Counted from the stretch's first letter, positions 15,680 to 51,186 are shown. The stretch: DNA of 64,000 nucleotides from Chrysomallon squamiferum (GCA_012295275.1 CM022673.1:20088001-20152000); one strand, 5' to 3'. Made by a program: numbers and translations. The notes: generated from the letters alone by a model not told the origin.

Positions 15680-16073
15680 TTTTGACGGTTACCGTAACGT
15701 TTAGTAACGTTTGCGATTTACCGCGATATAGTTTGAATGGAAGCCGGTGTTATGGTGTACTGTCATCAACTGTTTTAATGTTTTAAATTTATATGCATTT
15801 ATTTGTTAACACAATGGCATATAAGTATATGTCTTTATTTCTTCCAAATAGTTAAGTACCGCGATGTCGTTGTATCCCAGTATACTTCTTATTTATCCAA
15901 GCCGTGGGGGGGGATAAATAATTGTAAAACAAATTATTCGCGCCGGGCATGCGCAATGTTAATAAACGTCGAAAGGTATTTCCGGTATCATAAAGGAGCG
16001 TGAAAGCAGCATATTTCTTCATCATTTTATACACATACACATATATGCATATATATATATATATTTTTTTAAG

Positions 16074-16079
<6 letters not shown>
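15680..16079 (+). promoter_or_regulatory. CpG-enriched proximal promoter of DDB1 with E2F-like, NRF1-like, ETS-like and YY1/Kozak motifs
   Basis: CpG is locally enriched. Motifs seen are TTCGCGCC (15937-15944), GGGCATGCGCA (15945-15955), TTCCGG (about 15980-15985) and AAGATGGCG spanning the ATG at 16074. Function of these motifs is inferred. Confidence 0.45.
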
Positions 16080-37604
<21,525 letters not shown>

Positions 37605-40600
37605 TATGCTTATTATTTACTTTATTGGCTGTGTTATTTAAATTAGAGTTTGATAAAAGATAGTGTTGAGATGAACAAAGAACGAATTGAAAGATGAATA
37701 TGTTGTGTTGTTTGAAACATGAGAGCAAGATAACCAGCTATGGTTTGACAAAATTATAAGGTTGACAAGAAAACAAAGGAGCTGAAAAAAAAAAGAAGGA
37801 AATGTTTAACTGACCTATAACGTAAAAGAACATTACCTTTCTAGTTTTACTGATCTTTTGACATCTGCCACTTTCAATACACATGTAAAAAGATGCATAC
37901 CAACAGATGTATGTATGTTCCATATACATACTAGAGCTTAAATTAGGTCACTAGCTTCTGGTAGCTTCATACACAATCCATTCAGAGAGGAATATCTAAT
38001 AAATCTAAACATTTTAGTGCTTACTCAAATACAGAAGAACTATAGAAATAAAGCAAGATCATTTCATTTCAGATGTGGTGAATATTAGTATTTTAAAAAT
38101 AATTTTATAGCACCAGATATTTAGATTACTGTGTATATATATATATATATGTGTGTGTATTTGTTCTAAACAGTTTATATTGTTTATGTTCTAATAATTT
38201 TTCCTTTATTTGCATATAAAAATCATTTTCAAGCATTTTGATTTAAGTGTTTTGTGTGTGAAAATATTTTTAGGAATTAAAACATAAATCAGTTAGTGAA
38301 GGGTTTTTTTTTGAAAAAATAATTGTCCCAAGCAGTATTATAAAAACATTAGAAGTTTGAAGAAATAAATGAAATACACCTTTTCTTTGGTAAATGCATT
38401 CATTTTCATTGTCTGCTTATGATACAAAGTTTACTAAATAAATTTGGATTTTACAAAAATGTGTTGTTTTTTCATGAGAATATTTATTATGCATTATAAA
38501 GCATTTTTAAGTAACAATTATTGCTTATTTAAACCTGCATAAAAATACAAACAAAAACGTTGCTGACAGTGCTAGTAGGAGAGGAGATGGGATGTTACTG
38601 GTTGAAAGGTGAGTCAGTTTGCACAAAAGCATCAGGAAACTCCTAGGTTTGTTTCTCATGTCTGGCCGTTTATACCACTAGAATCTGCTTCAGACTTTTG
38701 GACTTCATTTTCACTAAAAGCCTGTCCAGCAAGGTTCATTTCTGTCAGCATTTTAAAATGTTACTGAAGTAAGACAGCTTTGTAACCATACCGATTTTCC
38801 ACATTTCTACATTTAGTGACCTAGGAACATCTTCCTCATATGAAAATATTACCTAGGCTGCCTTTTGTTTGAGAACTAAGTTTATGTTCAATAATTGAAA
38901 CATTTTTATAACCTAACAATTTGTTCAAGCAAGGAACTGGTTGAAAACCAAGGTATTGTATTTTCTTTTTAGATTTATTCTGATTCATTTGTCTATTGAT
39001 AACCATTATGTAATACTTAACCATTTATTTCTATTCAGCCTAAGATTTCAGTAGTATTTTTTATTTTATTTTTTATTAAACTTCTTCTGGGGATATTTTT
39101 CATGTTAACTATTCTTTGCTCTGGTTCTCAAGTTAAAACATAATTACCATCTTGGTAAATGAAATAACTTGCCATTTATGAATAAAATGTTTGGAATGTA
39201 TATTTTTGGCTGTTTGGAATGTATATTTTTGTGTGCAAAATAAATAACATATACTGAGGAATCTTTTCAGTTTGTCTTTCATAAATGAATATTTGATAAC
39301 ATATTTGACAAAATTAACTAAAATGTACACCTCTAAATTTAAAGTTATAATAAAATCAGAACATAACAAAATTAACAATTTATTACCATGCATGTTAGTA
39401 ATGTAGCAGATTGCCTTCTGTTGTTGTTTTTGATAACTTTTATACAAAGTCATTGATGGAAAGCCAAAAAATATTGAAAATCACTTATGACACAAGAAGT
39501 ATGTCTAGCTTAAGTAAAAACAAGATGCAATATAGAAATTAAATGAGGTAAGATTCTATCAAAGCATTATCCACTTTAAACATGATTTGAAGGTTTTTAG
39601 CATCCACAATCAAAAAGAAAATAATACTAATAAAATAAACAAAAACTTGAAACGTAAGTAATACAAGATCCACAATAATGATCTGAATAAAAGTCTGAAT
39701 TTTGGTTGGCATAGTGAATTTCTTGGATACTCATAGAGATTTTCATAAATTTAAGTGCTGCATGCAACTGGCAAAGATAGGAACTATTGTGGCTGGGTTT
39801 TTTTTGTATTATCTCAATGAATTAAGATTTAATAATATTAAAAACAGAGGTGGACAATGGGTAGGTTGTCCAATTACTCTTTGTTATTTTCTTTGTAGGA
39901 ATTAGAAATATTTTATAGCAAAGCTTACAAATGCAATACTGATTTAATTGATAGCAATCATCAGAAAATGTATTTTATATGATTTTGTATAGGCATGCTA
40001 TCATAACAGTAATTCCTTATTTTTTTAGGATGAAATGTATTTGCAAATGTTAGTTGGAAAGGTCAGTGCAGAAGATGTCACATTTACTCCAAATGTAAAG
40101 GATGCAGGTCACTTCACTAGAAATGAGATCATCCATGAACTTCTGGAGCCAAAAGCTATCGGAGGAGGTATCTGCACAACAATTCTGCCAGTTTGTGTTC
40201 CTGTATATTAAAAACTGGCATGTTGTCAAGAGACTGGACTGCTTAGTGACCTTGTTTCTAAAATTCTAGCCATACACTAAAGTCACTGTAGTTCCAGGTT
40301 AGTCATAACTGCAATAATATAACTTATAAGCCCCTACCATTGCCTGTTTGTGGGGTCTTAGTTATTAATTTTATATTTATTATTATAGTTGGTTTTTTTT
40401 TTGGGGGGGGGAGGGTGAAGTAATATCTGTGACAACCATTAATTACTGCATAAAATGTAAGATTATCCTTATTTTACATTTATCTAATATAGGTGTTTTA
40501 GTTTAGTACTAGAATTGTATCTAATTTTCACTTGGACATAGCTGGTATAAACTGTCCACTTCTAAAACGAAAATTGTAAGACCCTATCAGATCTTTAACA

Positions 40601-42756
40601 TCCTATGGTGGTGATGTTACTTTGGGATGCACTATTAATTTGTTTGGATTTGACATCCTGGACTTTGGGTTGTCTTAAATGGAAAATGGCAAAACATACC
40701 CCCATCTGCACTATGCATAAATACATATATAAAATAAATCTAGTATTTGTGATTATAATCTGTATCATTTTATTGAAAGGATAACAGTGACATGCATGCC
40801 ATTATTAGCTGTGATATATCATCAATAAAGAAAAATGAAATACCAGCTTTATCATCAGGTAACGTACTAATATTCTGGATCCATTTACCTGATCATTTAA
40901 TGTACAATTATGGTTACTGCCATATTATTCACATACTGCAAGTTTAGAAACACAATTAGATAAACAGATAATGAATCAATTCATCCATGTTAAGGACATT
41001 CATAGGAAATATGCATTAATACATCTGTGATAACATTATAATGCAATACAAAATGAGGCTTTACTTCACAATAATTGTAGAGTATTATCAGGTAATAATT
41101 TATGTACTGACACTGGATATAAATATTAAATATTACATGTGAGCTACATTGGGAGAAAATAATTTTTATTTCTTATATTGTTCACGTTGAAGCATTAGAT
41201 CACAATAATAGTTACACTATCAATAAACTTTGCTAATGTTATGCATCTGAAAAAAAACCTGAAATTATTTTCCATCCACGCCACCCCACAACAACAAAAC
41301 ATTTAAAATTAAGCATAACATATTTTCATTGGATCACTTATTTTAGAAGACACTTTGGATTTTAAAAAATTGTTTGAATTTTTTGTTTAATTTAATCTGA
41401 AAAGGGTTAGAAACACATATTTAGCAAGCATCATATTAAAAAACAAAAATGTATAAAATAAAATGTTCATAGATGACACAATTTTTGTTTTAAATAAAAA
41501 TGAAGAAATTATTAACAAAAACCCCCAAATCTTTATGGTCTATGCAAAGCCTACCAATAGTATGATCAATATTTGCTTAATAATTTAATTTGAAAAACAA
41601 TATTATGATCATATTTGGTTTTTTTTCTTTTTCCAATATGTCCATTTGTAAACACAGCTATTATAGTAAGCTACAATATATCATTTCAGTTTTAAAACTT
41701 ATTTAGCAATAAAGAAACCATATAAAAAGATAACAAAAACAAAACAAAAAAACAAAACCCAATAATAATAATCAAATTAAAATAACATTTAAATTTCTTT
41801 ATTGATATTAATATTATATGAACTGTGGCCATAATAAATAAAGCAATAAATATAATAAATTAAATGAGGAGTAGTCAGCATTAATTTTTCAAAGTTACCA
41901 TAACCAATAAGAGAAATAAAAACTTTTTTTTTTTTTTTTTTAGTTTCCTTAGCATGTCAAAATATTATAAATCATATATAAACATATATATATGTATTCT
42001 GTTTTGTTTCATTTCTCTGGGTTTTTTTAAAAACTAATTTAAAAAAATGCCTGAATTTTTATTATTATTTTAAAAAAAAAGAAAGAAAGAAAGAAAAAAG
42101 TAATAATGATTTACATATAATTTATTTACTGTTTGTTATCTTGCAAATTATAATGAATTGTGAATATCAAAATAAAATAACACAGATTAAAAGAAAATTT
42201 CTAAGTCTCAAATGAAACACTTTTTACCAGAATAAGAATAATTATCAAAATAACTTTACATGATATCTTAAATACATGAATAGCTAACTTCAGTAACTGT
42301 CATTTCTAAATAATTTAATTATATAATCAGTTTAGTTTATACTGAACAGACTTCAAAAGCATAATTAGATCTGAAGAAAGGTTATAATTAAATTTGAATA
42401 TTTATTAATTTAATCATTTTTTTTTTTTAAATTATATTTATTTAACATTTTACCTTCAGAATTTTTAGGTCCCTAGAGTGTATACAAAGAGAGTTTACAA
42501 GCAGACATGTCCTAGGTAAATTGCACATATTTTTTAAATATATACTCATGCAAAATATCATTCCATTATTTCATGAATAATTATTCATTATAATTGTTTT
42601 GGTTTTGTTACTGCTGTTCTTAATATTATTATTATAATTATTAATGATGTTATCATCATCAAGACATCGTTATTTATATTAAATATTTAATATCACTTTT
42701 CCTTAATCTCAGTTTCAGTAAAACATGTAATAAGTAAAAAATCTGTTCTATTCAAA

Positions 42757-44303
42757 GGATTGACCATGTCATAGGAGTGACATAACAAAGGAGTGAAACC
42801 TCAGATATAAATTTCAAAGGAGTGACAACCATCCAACCAAGTGGTAGGTGAAGCAACGATGATTTTGTTGGCAAGTGTACTTTCTGCAGTGTTCCTGCTC
42901 TCTGCAGACATGGACCTCTTTAACTGGAACAGCTGCGCTTATACTCTCTGATCTATGTTGTACCAAGATAACAAATTATTGTATGTAGGCCATAATAGAT
43001 AAATATCAATTTGTTAAATCCCAAATGGGTAAAGATAAGGTAGCATTCAGAGGATACAACTACTTCTGAAACCTTTCATGGAGTGACAATTTTCAATACA
43101 TTTGGTGGCCTGGTATCAGAGAGTAAAGCACACAATCATGCCCCACTGACACAGAGAGTGGAAATCATACAGGCTGATGATGCAATCAAAATTAGGACCA
43201 AAACCTCAACTGCAACTGAACATTAGTCAGGAACATGGCATTAACACTGCAGTAGGAACCCAAACACGAAAGATTTAATCGTTCCAAACAATTTGATAGG
43301 TCATCCAAGCAGGGGAAAAAACTTCCTTTTGTTCAATACAAAAATAGATCATGGAAATGCACATGTTTATGTTCTGATGACAAGAAAAATGCAAGAAAAG
43401 TATACATCCATGCTAGAACAATTACTATCAGCTCCAAAAGGAATTGAATTAAACACTACTCTTTTGTTTATAGTAAATTTTGAATTGGCAAGCATCAATG
43501 CTCTTCAACACATATTTCCAGAAGCCAGATTATCTGCCTGCTTTTTCCATTTAGGTCAAAGTATATACCAAAGTATTCAAAAGAACAGTCTAGTCAATGC
43601 CTATAGAACCAATGAAATTTATGATTCGGTTATTGCTATTTCAAACAATATTCAAAAAGAAGTTGAATCAGTGTTTAAGTATTTTGGAGAAACCTGTGTA
43701 CTGGGAAGATTGATCATCACGTGGAAGAGGAAGACCAAGATGAAATCAGTTGTGCATCCACCACAATTTGCCCCAAGTGTGTGGAGCATTCATCATCTTC
43801 AAGCATACTGCCTTCTAAAAACAAACAACAATTTGGAGGCTTGGCACAGGCTCGAAACATTAGTTGAACGTTATCATTTGTGAGTTTATTCCATGATAAA
43901 GGAATTCTTAAAAGTAAACCATCACACAAACCAAATGGTAGAGCAACAGATTGCAAGGAATAATTTAACAAAGAAGAAGAGGGAACAAATCCAAAGGGAG
44001 GAGAGGCTTGCAACTGTTGTCAGGAGACATGGAACTGTCTCTTTCAACAAATACCTTCGTGGAATTATGCACAATTTGCATTTCAGTTAAATATGTAAAC
44101 AACTGTGAGGTGGAAAATAATTTAAGTGATGGAGAACAAGATTTGTAAACAAGTTTAAAATATATTAACAGTTCAGTGGTTCGAGTTTTTTTAAATAAAA
44201 TTTTATTTATTTTAATAACTTTTATTCTTTTTTCTTAAATAAAATTTGTTATACTTTGTCACTCCTTTAATACTCTATTTATTCACTCCTTCGATAAAGA
44301 CCC
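42757..44303 (+). mobile_element. Decayed Mutator-like (FLYWCH-MULE) DNA transposon
   Basis: ORF 43293-43883 carries the MULE motifs FELASINALQHIFPEARLSACFFHLGQSIY and PPQFAPSVWSIH...KTNNNLEAWH. Upstream are FLYWCH-like fragments (QMGKDKVAFRGYNY, HNHAP). Repeated GGAGTGA motifs on the left face TCACTCC motifs on the right. Boundaries are approximate. Confidence 0.85.
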
Positions 44304-44358
44304 GTAAAAAATAATTCAGTTGGGATTTTAATAACTTTATGCACTGTTCTCCTTATTT

Positions 44359-47300
44359 TCAAATCCTTCTGATTTTCTTCTGCAACATTTTCTGTTTAAA
44401 CTCCTCTTCCTCTCTTTTCATGTCCTCTAAATCTTCAAGAAGACCAATTCTTGCACTAAAATAATAATAAAGCAATTTGTAAATATCTGGCAATTAAATG
44501 TTAAATTTTTATTTAATATTCAACAAAGGTTTAAGAAATAATTCTAATCATTAGCATTATTAAATACCTGTTATCTTATGTCTTAGATACAATAAATAAT
44601 TAAGATCATTTTGAAAGTTTTGAAGTTCCATCAAATAATGTCTGTCACTGTGAACTAAGCTCTGTAATTACTAACTCTTACTGGCAGTACAATACTGTTT
44701 TAAAACAAAATTAGTAATTAACTTTTACAATGAATTGCAAAATTTTAGAATTAGCTTTTATTTTTAAAGTCTAATAAATAGTCATCTTTGCTTTGTTTTA
44801 TGCCACTAACTTGTCAGAAATGCCCCAAAATGCACACTTTAATATAATATATCTTATTTTATTTTATTTTACATGATTATTATTTCTGGTTTAATGTGAT
44901 AGAAAATTCTTGAAGTAGTTATGAACTGCACTGAATTCTTTATAAGTATTACCTTCGGGCTTCCTCTTTCATAAGAGCTGAGTAGCTACTCTCCATGTCA
45001 TCAACATCATCATCATCATGGTATCTAAAAATCAACCAAAGTAATTGTCAGTTTAATGAAATAAAAATAATATTTAAGAATAATAAATTGTTTAATTGAT
45101 CCAAAAAAAGAAGTTTTGGACATACTCAAGTTTTACACAGCAATAATAACAATATGTATTTAATTAGAAGAATTATATAACTTTGCACAAAAACTCTTAT
45201 AACCATAAATTGTTAAATACATATGAACAAACAACTTACAAAAAGTTATTATTATTTGTTTTTAATACTGGAACAATCCAGATTAAAAAAATATTTAAAA
45301 TAATAATAAATAAATAAATAAAAATAATGAATGCATTACTTATTTCTGTCATATCCAAATATCTGCTTAATATATTTGGAGTAATCAAGATCAGCAGGAT
45401 CCTCAATTTCACTGTCATCATCATCTATGAAGTCAGCCATTTCTTCATCTTCCTCACTATCGGAATCTATGACATTCTTTTTCTTAACTAAAAAAAATAT
45501 AACACATATACATACATAAAGAGATAAAAAAAACTATTAACAGTCTCAGTCCCAGAAATTTTATCTTAGTCAAATAAGAATACAATGCTATAATCTTGAT
45601 ACGGAAATGAATAATTGTATCACAATTTTAAGCATATTGTTTCAGTGTCATTAGAATTCTATTGGCGATAACACAAAAACTTTAATAAGGAATTAAAAGC
45701 AAAATAACATACCAGGTTTAGCATTTTTCTTCTTCATTTCACCATAGATCCTATCCCAGGGATTGCTTGCTACTGGTTTTGATGGTTTCTTATTAAATGC
45801 CTCTTCCTCTGCTGATGGTCCACATATTAACACTTTTTCATGAACTGAATCATAATTGTTATTACAAATACCATCACCTTTCCCTTTTGACCTCTCCAAA
45901 TCTTTTTTATAAGATGATGAAATTTTGTATTTTGAATCAGTAATATGTTTAATTATACCTTTGTCTCCAGGCATTATTTTACTATTAGCCTCATTATTTT
46001 TCCTCATCTCTGGACTTTTTAACTTTAACCGGTTTACCTCCTTTTCAGAAATTTTAATAATTTTGCTACTTTGCATAGGTCTGTCTTTTGAGATCTTTCT
46101 GCCAATAACTTGCTTGTGATTAGCAGCTGCTTTATCATGACTGTTTTCGATCACTTTGTTATTTGATGGTTTGTGTTGACTGGAACCTGAAGACAACTTG
46201 GACATCATCTTCTTTTCAGAATGATGTTTCAAATTAGGCAAAGATTGTGACATTTTGTGAATGGAAATCACTGAATGTTTAGAGGATAACTGACAAGATA
46301 TTTTGCTATGGCAGGTAGTATTTGAACTCTTCAAACCACAAGATGCAGAATGACCATGGTCTGAAGGAGTTTTAAATTTGTGCAATGGTTTGGATGGAAT
46401 AGCATTGGACATTGAATTACTTGACAGACTTGTGACAGACTTGTGATTTGAAACAGATTTATAAACATGATTTGAAGACTCTGATAGATAAGCTTCTGAG
46501 TGATTTAAGGAAGAGTAATGTTCTTGTTTGTGATGTTTTTCATGGATAGAACCAGATGTGTGTCTGGCAGATGAATCTTTTATTTTGTCATTTAACCTTA
46601 AAGGTTTTGAAATGATTTTGTCATTAGATTTTTTATGAACTAAGGACTCTTTCTGCACTATGTCTTTAAATTTGGAATGACCAAAATGTTCAGTCATCCT
46701 TGCCTCAGAAGAATGTATTTTGGGCTTTTTGACAATCGGAGAATTCTCTTTTTTGTTGTTTTGCAATGAAGAATTATTCTGTGGATGTTTTAAACTTGAT
46801 GGCAAATGGATTATTGCCGACTTAGACAGAGATTTCCTTGAGACGTTATCAGAACTGTGATATGATTTACTGCTTTGGCTTGAAGACGAATTAAGTGATC
46901 CCTTATTTTGTAAATTAGAATTTGGTATTTTGGAATTAATATTCTTCAATTTTTCTATGCTGTGACAGGCAGTGTGAACTGATCTTTCATGACCTACTGT
47001 AGGTCTTTTCTGAGAATTCATAGGTAAATGCTCTTTTTTGGGAACTAATGATGCATGTTCCATTTTTGAAACAACAGGAGAAAATTCTCTAGCAGAATTA
47101 AATGATGCAGAAATTAAGGCACTATTTTTTTTAATCATATGTCTATTTTCTTCAGAGCTATAGCCATTAGAAGAGTCTGACCTGGCTTCAGTTGGTGAAG
47201 GTCTACCTTTGCCATATTTAACCCAATTTTTGTATTCCATTGATTTTATTCTTTCCAAACGGTCCTTTTCATACTGAGATAATGGACGACGATCTTCTAC

Positions 47301-49285
47301 TTTCTTTATTTTTTCAGCCTTCTTGATTTCAACAGGTTCATGTTGCTTCTCTTCAGCCATTCTTAGTATTTCTTGAAAATTCACTGGTGGTGGCAATTGG
47401 CGATTAAATTTCTTGATTTTAGGTTGCTTTATTTTTTCAGGCTCTGATTTTGAAAGCTTGCCTGATTTAACGGCGTTATCTACTTCATCACCACTGATAG
47501 TGTGTCCACGTTTTCTCTCATTTTTACTGTTCCCGGAATATCCACTGTCTGAATGCTTTTTATATTTGCTGCTTTTATCCTCATGAATCTTTTTGTTACC
47601 CTCTGATTTTTTCTGGCCAAACTGCTCCTCCCATATCTTTTTCTTTTCTTTAATCATTTGCTCTCTTTTTTCCTGCTTCAGTCTTGCCTTCTCTTCTTTT
47701 TCTTTTTGTTCTTCGTCTTCCAATCTATGTTTTATTTCTTCGGCTTTTCTTCTCATTTCCTCCCTTTTCTGCTGCTTCATTTTTTCCTCAAATTCTGCCC
47801 ATTTGTCATTCAGGCCAATTTTCGCTCCACGAGCAGGTTTGAAAATATGGGTCATTGGCTCTACTATTGCTGCTGTCGTTTCTTCATTATCTGGCAGAAT
47901 AGCATCTGAATTAAAGTATTCATAAAAATCACTTCTATAGCTGATAATAACACAGCAACAATTTATTATTAATTAAAAACAATCTCATAAATTCTTAATT
48001 TTATAATCATTTATTAGTCTTTTTAGTTTTAATTTTATTAGTGTTTTTTGCCATTTCGTGGTTCTCTTACTAGTTCATTTATCTCTGAAGACTAAATATG
48101 CAAAAGATATTTATTCGGGAAAATTGTTATTGAGTAGAACATTATTATTATTAAATAGAAACAATTTTTAAAACTAATTTACAATTTTATTTTCAGACTT
48201 ATTCTCATTATTCAAAACATTAAGTACTCTTTCCTTCCTTTTTTCAATGAGACATAATGTACTTTTTAAGTATTGGACTTGTATATTTAATAGTATTAAT
48301 TCATATTTTATGGAGATTAATATTCATTTAAAATTTATGTTATTAACTATAACAACATTTTGAGTCTGACATTATAGTATATGCACTGCTTTAAGTTTAA
48401 GCAATCCACATACCTACATTAACTTTCAAACTTTTCCCTCCACTCATTTTACCTTTGTCTTGCTGTTCTTCTCCACAAGCTTTCTGTAAACAAAAACAAC
48501 AGCAAAGTAATAAACACTACAAGGAATAGATCAGTATTGGAAGCAAACTTATTTAGATTTATTAAAAATATGCTCTTATTGTTAAGGACAGGTTTTACTC
48601 TAAACCACTGCAACCTAGAAATATTCAAACCAAGTAATTTCATCAAATAACAACTATTTACACAAAACATAATAATTGAGGATAAACACGGTACTAAGAC
48701 ATAACTAACTTTGCATACGAGCTGCTGTAATGAATGAGACTTGATAAAACTAGTCACATCTGGAATTCTATACACATAAAAAAATAAGAGCTTTTCAGTT
48801 ACTTCTGCCTCGTATCATTTCAAACCTGTCTTAATGTTGGAATGGCAATAATTTCATACTATAAAAAATCTTTTACCAATTTTATCAGTTCAAAAAATTT
48901 ATATTTGTAACTCAAAACCAAATTAAATGGTATTCAAGAAATGCTCGTTATCTGAAATTTATAAACAATGGAATTCATTTTGTATTTGTTTTATTTTTAT
49001 TTTTTAAATAATCTGAAATAACAAACTAAGACATTTAAAAAAGGGTCTCTGTTCATTAAAGCCTTAAGTAAAGGTCAGTAAAAATAATTTTAACAAAAGA
49101 AAATAATAATAATAATAATATACAGAATAGTGGGATTAAGAATTTTTGCTGATCTTTGGCTTACTATATACTAATTATAATTATTTTCCCATATTTAAAA
49201 AAATGTCTAAAGCAATGATTATTTCAACACTGAAGAAACTCTATATGGTTACTCATTGTCTAATATGAACTGATTGGCTGAATCC

Positions 49286-49326
<41 letters not shown>

Positions 49327-51186
49327 AGCTTATTTGTACTTGTTTATAATGAAAGCATTCTTTCAAGAACTCAACAAACAAGTTGTTAAATAACCAATAT
49401 AACACTAAACATATATATGTTACAGTCAATATGTCAAACTAGTCATTTGGCCTAATGTCTGAAGTGTTTAGGCATTTAGCCTAATGCCCAAGACTGTCAG
49501 GCATTTGGCCTAATGACTAAAATTTCCAGGAATTAAGCCAAACTACTGAGATAGACTTCTAGTCATTATACAAAAGAATAACTTGCAATTGCATAAAAAC
49601 ATTTATTTTGAAACACATTAAATAGTGTTTTATTTATTGCAGCAGTTCAGACTTGAATGACATCTTTAACTACACAAAAGATTGTTCTTGAAACATTTAC
49701 AACATTTCATTTTCTCCCCACAGTTGCATTTCACAAACCATTATCCTCCTGTGGATGATTCCTTTGACACTGCTACTCTAAGAGACATTGTGCATTCTCT
49801 GTTTATATCATCCAGCAATAGCAGTCTCTGGAGACACACATCAAACTGGTTCCTGGAAAATTTGCCTTTAAGAATCCTGGATGGACATACTATAGTATAT
49901 TGTCCATTGTCATTCCTGGACATTTTAGACATTAGGCCTAATGTCTGACGGTCTTGGCCATTAGACTAAATACCTAAATATTTCAAGCATTAGGCCAAAT
50001 GACTAGTTTCACCACATATTGACTGTTACACACACATACATACAAAAACATATCTCTTGATATTATAGTTAATAACTATATAGCCTCTTCAATGTTAGTA
50101 TTATCATGATGTTTTAACCAGGAAAATGAATATCCAGGGCTTTTGTATAATGTCTCATACAGACAGGAAGTACAGATATTTGAGATAACCCTGAACGTTT
50201 CATAATTATCATTTAGTCTTACTTTATAAAATGTTATGATAATTCATCCATTACTTATCATTGTAATTAAGTTCTCCCATTTTTTTGCTAATTAATATGT
50301 TTTTCTTTCACTCTTTGCTGGAGCTAAGCAATGTTGTAAATGTTTATTAAGTCCATATTATGTTCGATATTTGTCTTGATGTGAATAGTTGTTTATGATA
50401 AAAAAAAATAATAATTACTTTCATTAGATTTTGCTGTTGCTTTCTTTTTGTGGTTTTTTAAATAATATTTCTTCACCATTCACCTTGCTGTATAATGCCA
50501 GCAAATTCTATCAAACTCTGATCACAACACAAGTATAAAATATGCTTATTAATAATAGTCATTAATACATAAAAAAATAAAATAAAAAAATGTTCTTCAA
50601 TTTAATTTTTGCTTCTTGACTGTTGAAATAATTGCCTACTCATTACTTCAAACAAACAAAAAATTCAAAGAAATAAATTTCATGTATTGTTTATAATACC
50701 TAATATTTTCAAGGACTATACATATTCCCTTAACATATGTATACATGTTTGTATGTATGCATTACAATTTACAGTGTGTGTGTGTTTATGTCTATCTATG
50801 AAATACAATATACATATGCATAATACAAATAAAAATATGTGAATTAACTTATATATATAACAATTCCATCTTTGATGTTTCAACTTAATATTGTAATGAA
50901 ATATTAAACTATTATATATATTATATATATATAAAGTAAGAAATAAAATATAAAAGATGACGGAAAAGGATGTGCAGAAAAAATATGGGAATAAAATATC
51001 TAATTAGCTTATTATCCCTTCCGGAAACATTATTCGATATACTCCATGAATCATCTCATACTCAGGCTGAGAATCAGCACAGCCATCTGTGGTCGGTAAA
51101 TACGACGAAAAATTTAAATAGTTATCTAAATATATTATTACCTTTTGAGCAGTATTTAGAATAGACATTAAACCTGTATAATCCAT
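44359..51186 (-). CDS. SPTY2D1: Protein SPT2 homolog (H3/H4 histone chaperone), 6 exons: 51186-51142, 48483-48453, 47905-45713, 45487-45340, 45024-44953, 44455-44359. 861 aa.
   Basis: The C-terminal SPT2 domain reads DYSKYIKQIFGYDRNKYHDDDDVDDMESSYSALMKEEARSARIGLLEDLED. The internal motif PPPVNFQEILRMAEEKQHEPV and an N-terminal coiled coil are present. Junctions are phase-consistent; the two small 5' exons are less certain. Confidence 0.9.
49289..49324. repeat. (GT)n microsatellite
   Basis: About 18 GT units are visible. Confidence 0.9.
49418..50030 (-). mobile_element. Non-autonomous Ginger2/TDD-like DNA transposon in SPT2 intron 1
   Basis: It has TGT...ACA termini and about 115-bp imperfect TIRs containing repeated GGCCTAATG units. 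The minus-strand interior encodes YTIVCPSRILKGKFSRNQF...SLRVAVSKESSTGG*WFVKCNC...CKCFKNNLLC..RCHSSLNCCNK, which resembles the Cys-rich C-terminus of Ginger2/KRBA2-type integrases. No clear TSD is visible. Confidence 0.75.

Noticed and set aside
38605-38700. Possible tRNA-derived SINE head with degenerate A and B boxes
   Set aside because: The boxes are too degenerate, there is no cloverleaf, and there is no second copy in the window.
40055-40300. GC-richer patch possibly from a CR1/L2 LINE on the minus strand
   Set aside because: There is only a faint peptide resemblance (YRNTNWQ), which cannot be supported without a search.
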